Below are positions 1 through 14,014 of a stretch of DNA of 64,000 bases, piece after piece. The notes beneath the pieces were generated by a model, which saw nothing but the letters and a program-made list of their open reading frames with translations, was not told the DNA's origin and did no database searches. The stretch comes from Paraspadella gotoi. Its lineage: Eukaryota; Animalia; Chaetognatha. The translations under genes were made by a program, and so were the position numbers. Each line of letters opens with the position of its first letter. Within the stretch, counting starts at the first letter, position 1. Where the stretch lies: NCBI GenBank assembly GCA_051294375.1, contig CM119269.1, forward strand, positions 17,904,265-17,968,264. Reading direction: 5' to 3'.

Positions 1-125
1 ATTCTCTCTCATCTCTCTCCTCTCTTCTCATCTCTCTCTGCTCTGCTTCTCTCGTCTCTCTCTCTCCTCTCCGTCTCTCTCTCTCTTCGCTCTCCCCTCA
101 TACTTTCGCCCACCCCACTTTCCAG

Positions 126-2392
126 GCTGCGATTTGCACTACAACCTTCGTAGGTCCCGTTGCGAGACGTCCGCCTGTGACGCGCACTGCGTCATGAGTC
201 GCACGGCGCGCTGCGTTCCCTCCGCCGACGCCGTTCCCGTCTGCGTCTGCGAACTCGGTTATTCCGGCGCCAAGTGCGAAATCAACGACGACGATTGCGC
301 CGCGAAGCCGTGCTTTAACGGGGCGCAGTGCCGAGACAAGGACCCGGCGCCGGGATTCGAGTGTCTCTGTCCCGCCGGATGGGAGGTGAGGGAGGCGGAA
401 ACGCTGCTGATGTTGTCGTCGTGAGAGTCGTCGTCGTTTTTATGGTTATAGGATACTAATTGATGATTAAATCAATAGTTTAATATGAAAAGATTTAACG
501 CTGGCGATTATGGTGATAACGACGACGGCGACGACGACGACGACGACNNNNNNNNNNNNNNNNNNNNNNNNNNNNNNNNNNNNNNNNNNNNNNNNNNNNN
601 NNNNNNNNNNNNNNNNNNNNNNNNNNNNNNNNNNNNNNNNNNNNNNNNNNNNNNNNNNNNNNNNNNNNNNNNNNNNNNNNNNNNNNNNNNNNNNNNNNNN
701 NNNNNNNNNNNNNNNNNNNNNNNNNNNNNNNNNNNNNNNNNNNNNNNNNNNNNNNNNNNNNNNNNNNNNNNNNNNNNNNNNNNNNNNNNNNNNNNNNNNN
801 NNNNNNNNNNNNNNNNNGAGAGAGAGAGAGAGAGAGAGAAATAGAAAGAAGGACGTGAGGGAGAGAGCCTTGATGTATCAAAGTAGTTTTCAAAGCTTAG
901 ATGTTTTCGTTTACTTGGATGTCTTCACAGGCCTTTGATTTATTATCAACAGAGGCAAAAAATGATTTTCAACAAAATAATTCATTGAATCTATTTTTAA
1001 AAAAATTCTATATTGAGTTTAATTGAAAATTATATAACAGTAACTGCTTTTAAAAAACTCATTTCTAAAAATGGAATTACTTTAAGGTTTCGAAAAACCA
1101 CCTGTTTTTTTCCTAATCCAGACTTAAAGTAAAGATTTGAAGCCAAAATTAATACAAGCAACAAACAATGCAACAGATACATTATTTTCCACCGCACCCC
1201 CTTTTAAAAAATTAAAAAAACAAATTTAAGAAAATTAGGTTTTGAGAGTCGAGTCAATTGATAAATTCGACGCCTGCCGCTGGCAAGAAATTTTTTTTTT
1301 CTGGCTGCCTCCACATTTTTATCTTTCTCTGAAATCTTTGGTTCTTCGAGAAACCAACCAAGAAGAAATTCCCTTCCACTCCCAAGTTTCCTTTAAAACC
1401 CTAATATCTCCACCATTCCTCCCCCCTCAGGGCCCCCTCTGTAACGTCGACATAAACGACTGCGCTGCCGCCCCCTGCCTCAACGGCGGGCGCTGCGAGG
1501 ACCGCGTCGGAACCTTTTTCTGCGATTGCAGCGCCACCAGCTACGTGGGTACTCGGTGCGAGAAATTGCGCGAGGCCTGCTCAACGGCGCCCTGCAAGAA
1601 CGGGGGGAAGTGCGTTGGGGACAACGCTGGGGGATACAGGTCTGTGAACGAGTGGTCGGAACAGTGGAAGGTGACAGAATTCGAAATTTGAAAACTGACC
1701 AATAGGCCGGAACAGGTTTTAATAATATAAGACTTATATATTTCTACTGTCAAAATATCGACACGAATTCTGGTGAACATAAAAGGAAAAACTAATACTT
1801 CATTGCAAGATTCAGTAGTAAAAAAATATAATGGAATTAAAATGTAAACGAAGGTTAGTTAGAGACGGGAAGTTCAACAATACTTACCTTTTCTTTTCCC
1901 GTTACCATTTTCCCCACTCCCCCCTCTTTTAGATGCGAATGCCCCGACGCCTTCGTCGGCCTCAATTGCGAGACGCCCTACTCCAACCCTTGCTCTTCTG
2001 CCGCCTGCGTTGCCACCAACGGCATTTGTCTCATCGACGACACCCGGCCCGACAATTACCGCTGCGCGTGCCACGATGGCTTTCTCGGCACCTTCTGCCA
2101 GAAGGACACCAAGGCGATGTTCGCGTGCCCGGCCGGCGCCCAACAGGGCGCCCGCTTCTCCGATCCAGCCTCCTGCGTCTCGTTTTACGCCTGCGCCTTC
2201 GACGTCGCCGAGCGCGAGCTCTGCCCGACGCAGGACGGGGACCCGCTGGTCTTCGACGAGAAGAGGAATGAGTGCGTTCCGCGGGTGTCGTTCGCGCCGT
2301 GCGAGTTTAATACGGTGCAGGCGGATGCGATGAGGAGGAAGGAGTGGTGGCGGGGGTGGCAGGGGTGGTCGGGGAAAGGGAGGGTCAAGTAG
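126..2392 (+). CDS. 3' part of an EGF-repeat protein with a C-terminal chitin-binding type-2 (peritrophin-A/CBM14-like) domain; 5' exons not in window
   Basis: Exons ~126-385, 1431-1639, 1933-2392 with AG/GT ends and matching phases. Ca-binding EGF repeats (EINDDDCAAKPCFNGAQC, DINDCAAAPCLNGGRC). Last exon: RCECPDAFVGLNC...CPAGAQQGARFSDPASCVSFYAC...CPTQDGDPLVFDEKRNEC...C. The first ~80 bp carry compensating indels, probably read errors. AATAAA at 2460 and 2523. Confidence 0.85.
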
Positions 2393-3433
2393 TAGAGGGC
2401 GGATGAACTGTCGGAAAATAGAAGTGGCATTTAACCGTTATCCGAATTCTTAAATCGATAATAAACATTACACTAGTTATAGATATCAAATTAATTACAG
2501 TTGTTTTTTTTTTTTTCGTTCTAATAAACCATGAATCAGGTCAAGTTTGATTTTTTTTTGCTCCGAGAAAACCATTTAGAGAAACAGAGCGACGATCCTT
2601 GAGTTAATACTAAGAAATTTGTTATTGCGAAATATAAAATCCTAAATGACTCTCTTTCTCTCGTTTTCTCTTCCTCTCTGCACATTCGGGCCCGTCCAAA
2701 GTGCCTCGTTTCCCAGGTCCCTATGGTCATCGTTCATCAAGCGGACTTAATAAATCCTCTCTTTTTTCTTTTTCCTCTTTTTCTTTTTCCTTTTTTTCTT
2801 TTTTCTCGAACATGTTTGGAATCAAGTCGTTCGCAAGTGTTCTCTGACGTTTTTTTTTATTTTGCTCAGCTCATTGCCGAATCCATCTAAAGGGTCTGCC
2901 GCAATACAGACGAATCGATGCGAAAATTCTCTATTTCTATTTTTTGGGTATTCGTCGTTCGTCGTCGTTGGTCGGTCGTTCGTCGTCGTTGGTCGGTCGT
3001 TGGTCGGTCGTTGGTCGTTCGTCGTTCGTCGTCTTTCGTCGCAGATCGTCTGAGTAATTCTCTATTCGTCGCACTTTCCCTTTTTTTTTTCGCCGTCTTT
3101 ATCCCCCAAATGAGTCAAATGAGGATAGCGACGCTAAAAAAAAGCTAAAAGAGCAGAAAAGCTCATTTCCACGTCTTTTCTAATAATCGATGCGAAATTG
3201 CTTTGTCGTTGTTGTTGTTGCGTGGTCGGTGATTATTACGTGTGTTGAAAAATTATGATTCGATTTTGTGTCTTAGATTATGATATGATATATACATATA
3301 TGATATATAAATATATGATATGTTATGTTAAGTTATTTAAAAAAATCGGCCATCAATTCCATGATTCTTTTTGATCGAAGACAGAGGAGAATCTTCAAAT
3401 AAAGCGCGTTTGACTCTTTCACACCTTTGACCA

Positions 3434-3488
<55 letters not shown>

Positions 3489-3508
3489 TGTTTCTTTGTT
3501 TGTTTGTT

Positions 3509-3580
<72 letters not shown>

Positions 3581-3647
3581 TTTTTTGTTTGTTTGTTTCT
3601 TTCTTTATTTCTTTGTTTCTTTCTTTCATTTTTATTTTAATCTCTTA

Positions 3648-3678
<31 letters not shown>

Positions 3679-3832
3679 TCNNNNNNNNNNNNNNNNNNNN
3701 NNNNNNNNNNNNNNNNNNNNNNNNNNNNNNNNNNNNNNNNNNNNNNNNNNNNNNNNNNNNNNNNNNNNNNNNNNNNNNNNNNNNNNNNNNNNNNNNNNNN
3801 NNNNNNNNNNNNNNNNNNNNNNNNNNNNNNNN

Positions 3833-3863
<31 letters not shown>

Positions 3864-6511
3864 ATTATGATCTTCTATGCCCGCTTGGTGCACAAACACA
3901 TGGTTAAATTTGTGGANNNNNNNNNNNNNNNNNNNNNACAAACAAATGGTTAAATTTGTGGAATCACAGAAACCAGAGAAACCTGTGAAAACTAAATTTC
4001 AACAATTTGTAAAATGGTTTTTAGTCAGATCTGCTTTCAGCAGATCCCGACTCTGTAATTCACTTTGTCGGTCCGTCCATCATGTCAGAACATCGAATTA
4101 TGATAAATTATGCAAAAAAAAGATGTCCGTCCGTCCGTCTGTCTGTCCGTCCGTCCGTCCGCCCGTTCGTCCGTTCCACCTTAGCAAAAACACCAATTAC
4201 TCGTGATTGGATGGANNNNNNNNNNNNNNNNNNNNNNNNNNNNNNNNNNNNNNNNNNNNNNNNNNNNNNNNNNNNNNNNNNNNNNNNNNNNNNNNNNNNN
4301 NNNNNNNNNNNNNNNNNNNNNNNNNNNNNNNNNNNNNNNNNNNNNNNNNNNNNNNNNNNNNNNNNNNNNNNNNNNNNNNNNNNNNNNNNNNNNNNNNNNN
4401 NNNNNNNNNNNNNNNNNNNNNNNNNNNNNNNNNNNNNNNNNNNNNNNNNNNNNNNNNNNNNNNNNNNNNNNNNNNNNNNNNNNNNNNNNNNNNNNNNNNN
4501 NNNNNNNNNNNNNNNNNNNNNNNNNNNNNNNNNNNNNNNNNNNNNNNNNNNNNNNNNNNNNNNNNNNNNNNNNNNNNNNNNNNNNNNNNNNNNNNNNNNN
4601 NNNNNNNNNNNNNNNNNNNNNNNNNNNNNNNNNNNNNNNNNNNNNNNNNNNNNNNNNNNNNNNNNNNNNNNNNNNNNNNNNNNNNNNNNNNNNNNNNNNN
4701 NNNNNNNNNNNNNNNNNNNNNNNNNNNNNNNNNNNNNNNNNNNNNNNNNNNNNNNNNNNNNNNNNNNNNNNNNNNNNNNNNNNNNNNNNNNNNNNNNNNN
4801 NNNNNNNNNNNNNNNNNNNNNNNNNNNNNNNNNNNNNNNNNNNNNNNNNNNNNNNNNNNNNNNNNNNNNNNNNNNNNNNNNNNNNNNNNNNNNNNNNNNN
4901 NNNNNNNNNNNNNNNNNNNNNNNNNNNNNNNNNNNNNNNNNNNNNNNNNNNNNNNNNNNNNNACGTCATTCAATACATCAACAAACGCTTCGTTTAAGTT
5001 TATTCATGTACTGTATTTAAACTCGAAAGACGGAAAAGTCCCACTCAACGCCGACAGACGCTCGCTCTCGTCGTCGGGTGGCGCTCTCGAAAAAATAATT
5101 CCGCGCAATCGGCGTTGCTATTTCAGAGACGAGCTCCACGATTCTTTCAACGAATTGTCACCTCATGATTGGCCCATTTCTTCACTTTTCTTTTCCTATT
5201 GGTTCGCTTAAAAAAAAGAAGAAACGAAAAAAAGGAAAGCGCGAACGAGCGCGTCGATTTAGACGCGTCAGGAGATCGCGTCGCGTTTCCCTGGCGACGA
5301 CGAGACGCGCTGTCGGATTCAAACGCGGCCGAAAAAACGAAACCGGTGAAACCAAACCAAAAAAAAATAAAAAATTCCAATCGGCGATAAGAAAAACCCG
5401 GAGGAGAAGAAGAAGAAAGAAAAAAAAAAAAAAGAAAATCGAAAAAAAGTCGACGGTTCTGGTTCTTATCCGTGGGAGAAGGAAAAGCGCGTGAGAAGAA
5501 AGTAAAAGAGTTTGACGTTTGACAGAACCACCTCGATGTTGGATTAAGAAAAAAAAAATTGTAAAAGGTGAGTGAAGATAGATGGGAACTTAATCTCTCT
5601 CTCTCTCTCTCTCTCTCTCNNNNNNNNNNNNNNNNNNNNNNNNNNNNNNNNNNNNNNNNNNNNNNNNNNNNNNNNNNNNNNNNNNNNNNNNNNNNNNNNN
5701 NNNNNNNNNNNNNNNNNNNNNNNNNNNNNNNNNNNNNNNNNNNNNNNNNNNNNNNNNNNNNNNNNNAGCTAATCCGTTTTAAAAACAATAAAACTTACCC
5801 CTAATGGAAATCCTAACCTTAACCCTCTCTTTTTTTCACTCTTTTATTTTAAAATTTTTATTGGCGAGATATTTTGCATAATTAAAATGAAATTATTTTA
5901 TAGTAATTTTGCTAGTTCTTTAGGACTAACTTTATATAAAAATAATATATTTTTTTAATTTGATACTCAGATTGACTTTCAAGCTGGTAATTATTATAGT
6001 AATTTTTATATTTTGTCTGGAAAATATTTTTAAAAGATTGATATTTTTTTAATTCAAATAGTAAATTCTTAATGAAGCAGCGATTGAGTCAGTTCAGCAG
6101 TATATAGTTTTAAAAAACTATTTTTCTTCATAGGGTTATACATGTTCTTTAAACATTTTATTAATTAATTTTTATTAATGAAATTGGTACAACCAATATA
6201 AAAATTATCCATTCATTTGATTAATAAGTTATCTTGACCCTGACTTTGAATAGTCTTTGGTGGTTTAAAATTTTTAAGAAAAAAATTTGTTTTCTATTAA
6301 AAAAAAATTTAAAGAGCGTGTGAACCTGGTATGTTTCTGGTAATAATATGAACGTTCTAATAAGTAAATTATTAAAAACCAAACTCCAAAAATGGCTAAA
6401 TAAAAAAAGAAAGAAAAAAATATATTATAATATAATATAATAAAGAAAAAAATAGTGAAAGTTAAAAAATAAATTAAGATAGAAAATAAAGAACAAAAAG
6501 AATAAGAGAGA

Positions 6512-6573
<62 letters not shown>

Positions 6574-7655
6574 AAGAGTAAGAGAAAGAGAAACAAAGAG
6601 GAAGAAAAAATATTGGTCAAAAATTGAATAAAAAAGCCTGGCTTTTTTGCTATAGAAAGAAAACTACCCCAAAACTGCCCAAAAAATTATCACCGCTGGG
6701 GGCATAACTGGGTATATAGTTTTTGCCTGCCCCCAGAGACTATCCCTAGGTATGACACCGACGGCGCCGCCCCTCGCCACCCGCCTTTTATTCTGACGGA
6801 ATACTTGAGAAATATCGCTTTTTTTTTCAATGAAAAAAGATTTTGAAATATATGTGACAAAGTATGACTTTTGTCCCATTTTTGGAGGAAATAAATTCTC
6901 GTTTCGTTGGCCATAATAATAATAATAAATAATAACAGAATAAAAAAATACGCATGCGAAATGGTTCCCGTTTTGTAAAAATTTATGCGCGGTTGACTTG
7001 AAAAAAAAAGAAGCTTAACTCCTGAAGGAATTTAAAAAAAAATTCTCCGGTTATTTCTGCAATGTTTCGTGATCGTTGTTGTTATTGTTGTAGTTGTTGT
7101 TGGAGAAAATGCATAAAACATTTCTAGAGGTTTCGATCCTGCGTTTCATATTAGGTTTTTGCAATCGGAAAAAAAAGGTCGAAAGAATCCCACCTTTTAC
7201 CAAATATCGTCTCTGAGATGTCAAAGGAAAAAGATGAGGAACGAAGAAGAAGAGGAAAAAAGAAAATGAGATTCTGAGGAGAGTGAAAAAGAAAAATGAG
7301 AGAAGAGAATGTTGAAAAAAAGAGGAAAAGAAAAAAAAAAGAAGATTCGTGGAAAGAAGAGAGAAAAATGGAAAATATGATAGGGAGGAGAATAACAAAT
7401 AAGAGAAGAATAATTAACGTGAACCCGGTTCAAGGAGAAAAATAGAAGAATTATGAATAAGAGAAGAATAAAAAGAAGAAAATAGAGAGAGAAGAAGAAG
7501 AATAAGAAAGAGAGAAAAAAAAACGGGAGAAATAAGAAGAAAAAAAGAAAAAGAAAAAAGTTGATGAATGATGTTTTGGGTTTTTAATGACGAAGACCTT
7601 TTCTCCTCTCGCATGGATGACGCTCACTTAAGCCTCAAAAAGACTGAGGCCTCTA

Positions 7656-8066
7656 TTTTTAGCCGGATTCACTTGGTCGGTCCGCCCCCCAAATCTTGTC
7701 GTTCATTCGGTTAAATCTTGCCAGAACATCGAATGATGATAAATTATACCAAAAAAATTTTAAATTAATGAATCAATTAATTATTCATTCAATCAATTTA
7801 TCTATTCATTAATTCTTCAATCAATAAATTTATTTATCAATTAATTAATTATTCAATCAATCCATCAATTAATCAAGTCAATCAATCAATCGTTATCGTC
7901 ATAATTGTCGTCGTCGCCATCATTGTCGTGGTCACCTAAAAACAAATATGTTGAATCAAATTAATTAATTATTTGACTAATTATTACATTAACTTACATT
8001 AATTAATTAATTATTTACCGCTAATGATCGTGGGCGGATCCGTCATTGTTTGGTCAAACTTGTTTT
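7656..8066 (+). mobile_element. HINE/Helentron-like repeat copy
   Basis: Aligns to 43986-44413 (ATTCACTT.GTCGGTCCG...AATCTTGTCG; TAATGATCG.GGGC.GATCCG...CTTGTTT). Confidence 0.55.
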
Positions 8067-8283
8067 TTTTACTTATAATCAACGAACGAGTTAGTTTACT
8101 ATTTAAATCATCAGTGATTAAAAATATTTTTGAAGCCTCCTCGCCTCATGAAGTAAAAATTAAATCAACTAATTCTTAAACATTTCCAAAACAGTAAAGT
8201 TATATAATCATAAAAAAGATTAAATCGGCCCGAAAGTCGCCAAATTTTCCTCATCACCATTTCTGTCGAAAATATTGCCAGAC

Positions 8284-9542
8284 TAGAGTTCCGATAACCG
8301 TTAACAGTTAACGGTTAAAATAATTTAACTTAACCGTTAATATATTATATTTTAACGTTAAATTCGGGTTAATTTTCAAGTATGATTTTTGTTATGAAAA
8401 CTTTGATTTTTTTAAGAAAAATTTTTTTTTCCTTATTCTCCTCTTCCTTTCTCACTATATTTTCCCCCTCTCTCTGTTTTACATTTTCCCCTTTTTTTCT
8501 TTGTTATTTTCAACCCTTTTAATCTTTTTCTATCCTAATCTATTATCATTTTTTTCTGCCTTTCGTTTTTTTTTACTTACTTTCCTCCTAATTGTTTTCG
8601 TTTTTCCTTTCAGCTAATTTTATACATTTACATCAAAAGAATATTTGAAATATAATATGCATCTGCATATATTTTTTTGCAAATCAAATTTTTACATGCA
8701 ATAATATTCTATTTTGCTAATATAAAAAATAAATAATCTTTCTTATTTTACTTTTTTTAGCTTTTTCTTTCAATTTTTCGATCATTCAACCATTCAATTA
8801 ATAAATTGATATTCGTAATTAAGGGAAAAAGTTTATTTGTTTACAACAACGGGTTTTTTATTCCAAAAAACGGACATGTTTCGACTCTTGTTTTTCCGAG
8901 TCTACATCAGCACGTGAGAGTCGAAACATGTCCTTTTTTTTTTTAAAATAAAAACCTGTTGTTTGTAAACAAATAAACTTTGCCTTCACTTAACTATAAA
9001 CGCAACGAAAAGAAAGTCTTAACACAATATTCAATAATTATATTTATATTTATGGTCATGGTTTATGAAAGACTAACAACAGAAAACGTGCTTTCAGAAA
9101 CTAACAACTATAAAAATAATGAGGAAGAGAAATAAAAAAAGAAAAAGCGAAAACGAAAGAAAGAAAGAAAAAGAGAGAAAAGAGAAAAAAAATATACAGA
9201 ATTAAAATTACATTGTGCTTTTTCTTTCATTGTCTTTTTTCATATTTTTTTATGCTATGAGGCAAAAGAAAAATTTATTATGAGCTTTTTTTTCAAACCA
9301 ATTTTCTCATTTATCAACTATAATGTGTACCTCATCTATCTAAATAAAAGATAAAGACGATTCAGTAGCCGCGGATTAAGGAGAAAATACCATTAAATAC
9401 TTTAGTTAGTTTCGAATATTAATATTTTAAATTTTAAAATTAAATTATAAAATTAACCGATTTTTAACGGTTAACCGTTAAAAACGTTGAGTTTAAACGT
9501 TAAAGCGAAGTTCCTCAAAAATTAACGGTTAACGGAACCCTA
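8284..9542. mobile_element. Non-autonomous TIR DNA transposon (hAT-like), absent from the inverted copy
   Basis: Termini TAGAGTTCCGATAACCGTTAA and TTAACGGTTAACGGAACCCTA, with subterminal AACCGTT/AACGGTT repeats. The matching site at ~11305-11320 is empty. No clean 8-bp TSD seen. Confidence 0.8.
8829..8990. mobile_element. Penelope-like inverted pseudo-LTR fragment with a hammerhead-like motif
   Basis: ~60-bp inverted arms. Minus strand reads CTGATGTA-GACTC-loop-GAGTC-GAAAC-ATGTC, followed by AATAAA. Confidence 0.6.
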
Positions 9543-10337
9543 ATTTTGCCACCTCATTCGGAAGTTGCAATTGTACAGAACAGCAAAATCGTAATTGTAC
9601 CGAATTAAATTCTTCTTTTTATTTATGAAATTGGTACAACCAATATAAAAATTATCCATTCATATTTTAAATTATAAGATTCGATTAGGATCTTTTTAAT
9701 TCAATAAACCTTTTTCTTAACTTTTGAACTGAACTTTTGAACCTCTGAACACAAAATCAAAATTCAGTCTGCAAAGAGAAAAAAGACAAAAGAAGAGAAA
9801 CCAAAATGGTAATTCCAATGTGTTGCGCCGCAGTGACTTTATTTTCATGTGCATTTCCCTTTGATCGCATTATATGACATGACATGACATGACTAAAAAA
9901 ACTTTTTTTGCCCATTTATTTATGACATGCACTGCATCGAAATTCCGTCTTTTTAGTTCTTTATAGTTTTAGGAATTCTTTTTAAGTATTATCTGTAAAA
10001 TTGGATAACTAAATGATAAAAAAAACTATTTATTGATAAAATTAAAATTAATCAACGACAGTAAACATAACGTTTCTATCGCTCCAAGTAAATTACGCTC
10101 TCTCTCTCTNNNNNNNNNNNNNNNNNNNNNNNNNNNNNNNNNNNNNNNNNNNNNNNNNNNNNNNNNNNNNNNNNNNNNNNNNNNNNNNNNNNNNNNNNNN
10201 NNNNNNNNNNNNNNNNNNNNNNNNNNNNNNNNNNNNNNNNNNNNNNNNNNNNNNNNNNNNNNNNNNNNNNNNNNNNNNNNNNNNNNNNNNNCTCTCTCTC
10301 TTTCTCTGTTTTTCTGTTCTGTTTTCAGAGACTAACG

Positions 10338-10393
10338 ATGGAATCGAACTTCTCTGACAACCTATCTTCTTCATCGACAAACGTCTCCAGCAG
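10338..10393 (+). CDS. Putative first coding exon (glycosylated N-terminus) of the 5-HT1-like GPCR
   Basis: Follows acceptor TTTTCAG (ends 10328). ATG opens MESNFSDNLSSSSTNVSS with three N-x-S sequons and ends at donor AG|GTAAAC (phase 2). Lies in the unique spacer of the palindrome; the link to exon 2 is inferred. Confidence 0.6.
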
Positions 10394-10691
10394 GTAAACA
10401 TTTTTTTTCCCTTTCTTCCCCTTACGAGTTTCTCTATCTTTTTTTTTCAGTCTTCATATCACACTTTGACGCTTTGTCGCTGCCTTACACTCTCTCACTC
10501 TCACCCCCTCTCTCTCCATAGCAAATCCATTGAAAAATCGAGTCGTGACAGGGCTGCAACGCTTCTGTCCGTAGATGGCGCGAATCGGTTTAAAATGACG
10601 ACGTGACAGTCGGGTGACGGGCGAGAGTTTAAATGAAAAATGTGCCTCAGGAGAGAGAGANNNNNNNNNNNNNNNNNNNNNNNNNGAGAAC

Positions 10692-10743
<52 letters not shown>

Positions 10744-13700
10744 CGGTTAATTTCTGTGGAGAAATAGAAACGTTATGTTTACTGTCGTTGATTAATTTAT
10801 AAATTTTACTCATAAATGTGTTTTTCTTTATCATTTAGATTATCATTTGTACTAGTATAATAATTAAAAAGAATTCCTAAACTATAGACTAAAAGAGGAA
10901 TTTCGATGCGTGCATGTCATAAATAAATGGGGCAAAAAAGTTTTTTTAGTCATGTCATGTCATGTCATATATGCGATGCAAAGGATGCACATGAAAATAA
11001 GTCCCTTCGGCGGCAACCAACATTTGGAATTTACCTTTTTGGTTTCTCTTCTTTGTCTTTTTTCTCTTTGCAGACTGAATTTTTGATTTTGTGTCAGAAG
11101 GTTCATCAAAAAGTTCAGTTCAATAAGTTAAGAAAGGTTTATTGAAATTAAAAAGAATCCTAATTCGAAGTCTTATAATTTAAAAAATATGAATGGATAA
11201 ATTTTTATATTGGATTGTACCAATTTCATAGAGGTAAAAGAAGAATTTAATTCAGTAAACAATTACGATTTGCTGTTCTGTTACATTGCAACTTCCGAAT
11301 GAGGTGGCACACTGGCAAATATTTTCCGACAGAAATTGACGAGTGTAAAATGGTGAGTGAGGAAAATTTTGGCCGGACTTTCCGGGCGCGATTGTAATCT
11401 TTTTTATGATTAATATCACTTTACTGTTTTGGGAAAATGTTTACGAGTTAAGTTGATTTAATTTTTACTTCATGAGGCGAGGAAGGCTTCAAAAATATTT
11501 TTAAATCCACTGATGAATTAAAATAGTAAACTAACGTCGTTCGTTGATTATAAGTGAAAAAACAAGTTTGGAACACAAAGCAATGACGTATCCGGCCCAC
11601 GATCATTAGCGGTAATTAAATTAATTAATTAATGTAAGTTAATGGTAATAATTAGTTCAAATAAATTAATTTAATTTGATTAAACATATTTGTTTTTAGG
11701 TGACACGACAATGATATCGGCGACAACGAAAAAGGACGACAATTATTGACGACAACGATTGAATTGATTGACTTTGTTAATTGATGGATTTGATTGAAAT
11801 AATTAATTAATTGATAAATAATTTATTGATTGAAGAATTAATGAATAGATAAATTGATTGAATGAATAATTAATTGATTCATTAATTTAAAATTTTTTTG
11901 GCATAATTTATCATCAATTTCGATGTTCTGGCAAGATTAACCGAATGAAACGAACAAGATTGGGGGGGCGGCCGACAACGTGAATCCGGCTAAAAATAGA
12001 GGGCCTCAGTCCTTTTGAGGCTTAAAGTGAGGCGTCATCCATGGCGAGAGGAGAAAAGGTCTTCGTCATTAAAAAAACCCAAAACATCATCATCAAAGTT
12101 TTTTCATTTTTCTTTTTTTCTTCTTAATTTCTCGCCGTTTTTTTTTCTCCTCTTTCTTATTCTTCTTTATTCTCTCTCTATTTTCTGCTTTTTATTCTTT
12201 CTCTTATTACATAATTCCTTCTATTTTTCTTCCTTGAGCCGGGTCACGTTAATTAATTTCTTCCTCTTATTTGTTATTCTCACTCCCTATCATATTTTCA
12301 TTTTTCTCGTCTTCTCTTCCACGGGATCTTATTTTTTTTTCCTTATTCCTCTTTTTTTCAACATTCTCATCTGCTCATTTTTCTATTTTCACTCTCCTCA
12401 GAATCTCATTCTCTCCATTTTTTTCCTCTTCTTCTTCGTTCCTCATCTTTTTCCTTTGACCATCTCAGAGACGATATTTGGGTAAAAGGTGGGATTCTTT
12501 CGACCTTTTTTTTTCCGATTCGCAAAAACCTAATATGAAACGCAGGATCGAACTCTAGAAATGGTTTTATGCATTTATCGCCAACAACTACAACAATAAC
12601 AAAGAACGATCAGGAAACATTAGCAGAAATAACCGGAGAATTTTTTTTAAAAAATTCTTCAGGAGTTAAGCTACTTTTTTTTTTCAAGTCAACCGCGCAT
12701 AATTTTTACAAAAACGGCAAACGCATTTTTCGCATGCGGTATTTTTTTATTCTGTATTATTTATTTTATTATGTAGTGGCCGAACGAAAACGAGAATTTA
12801 TTTCCTCCAAAAATGGGACAAAGTCCATAAACTTTGTCCACATTATATTTCAAATCTTTTTCAATTGAAAAAAAAAGCGATATTTCCCTTCAAGTTATTC
12901 CGTCGAATCAAAAAGGCGGGTGGCGAGGGGGCCGGCGGTCGTTGGGTGTCATTACCTAGGGATAGTCTCTGGGGGCAGGAAAAAAACTATCTACACAGTT
13001 ATGCCCCCAGCGGTGATAAATTTTTGGGGCAAGTTTTTGGGATGATTTTTTCCTTCCTAATACAAGCCAGGCTTTTTTTAATGAATTTTTGGACCGCAAT
13101 ATTTTTTTTCTCCCTCTTGTTTCTCTTTCTCTACTTTTCTCCATCTCTCTCTCTCATCTCTCTCTCTCTCTCTCTGTTCTCATAATTCTTTTTGTTCTAT
13201 TTTTTTCTATCTAATTTATTTTTACGTTTCACTATTTTTTTCTATATTTTTATATTATATTTGTTGCCTTTCTTTTTTTATTTTGCCTATTTTTTGGAAG
13301 TTTGGTTTTTAAATAATCTTGCTAAAATTAGAACGTTCATATTATTACCAGAAAACATACGCAGGCTCACACGGCTTCTTTAAATTTTTTTAAATAGAAA
13401 ACATTTTTTTTTCTTAAAAATTTTCAAGACCACCAAGCCTATTCAAAGTCAGGGTTCCATAGATAACTCTATGTAAATCAATGAAATTGGATAATTTATA
13501 TTGGTTGTACCAATTTCATTAATAAAAATTAATTATAAAAATGTTTAAAGAACATGTAATAACCCCATGAAGAAAAATAGTTTTTTTAAACTATATACCT
13601 GCTGAATCTGACTCAATCGCTGCTTCATTTAAGAAGTTACAGGTTTGAATTAAAAAATTATCAATGCTTTTTAAATATTTTTCCAGGCAAGATATAAAAA

Positions 13701-13971
13701 TTACTAAATAATTTACCAACTTGAAAGTCAATCTGAGTATGACAATTAAAAAAATATATTAATTTTTAATATAAAAGTTAGTGCCCTAAAAGAACTAGCA
13801 AAATTATTATACCAAAAATTTCATTTTAAGATTATAACAGAAATATCTAGCCAATAAAAATTTTAAATAAAAGAAGGTGAAAAGAAAGAGAGGGTTAAGG
13901 TTAGGGTTACCCACTAAGGGGTAAGTTTTATTGTTTTTAAAGACGGATTAAGCTTTGAGAGCTTTGAGAGA

Positions 13972-14014
<43 letters not shown>

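Noticed and set aside
126-2392. Notch, Delta or Crumbs orthologue
   Set aside because: The EGF repeats run into a CBM14-like domain and a stop codon, with no TM, LNR or ankyrin region.
485-5804. Long ORFs containing X runs or (ER)n/(LS)n/(SFFL)n
   Set aside because: They are read-through of N gaps and microsatellites; the same applies to similar ORFs across the window.
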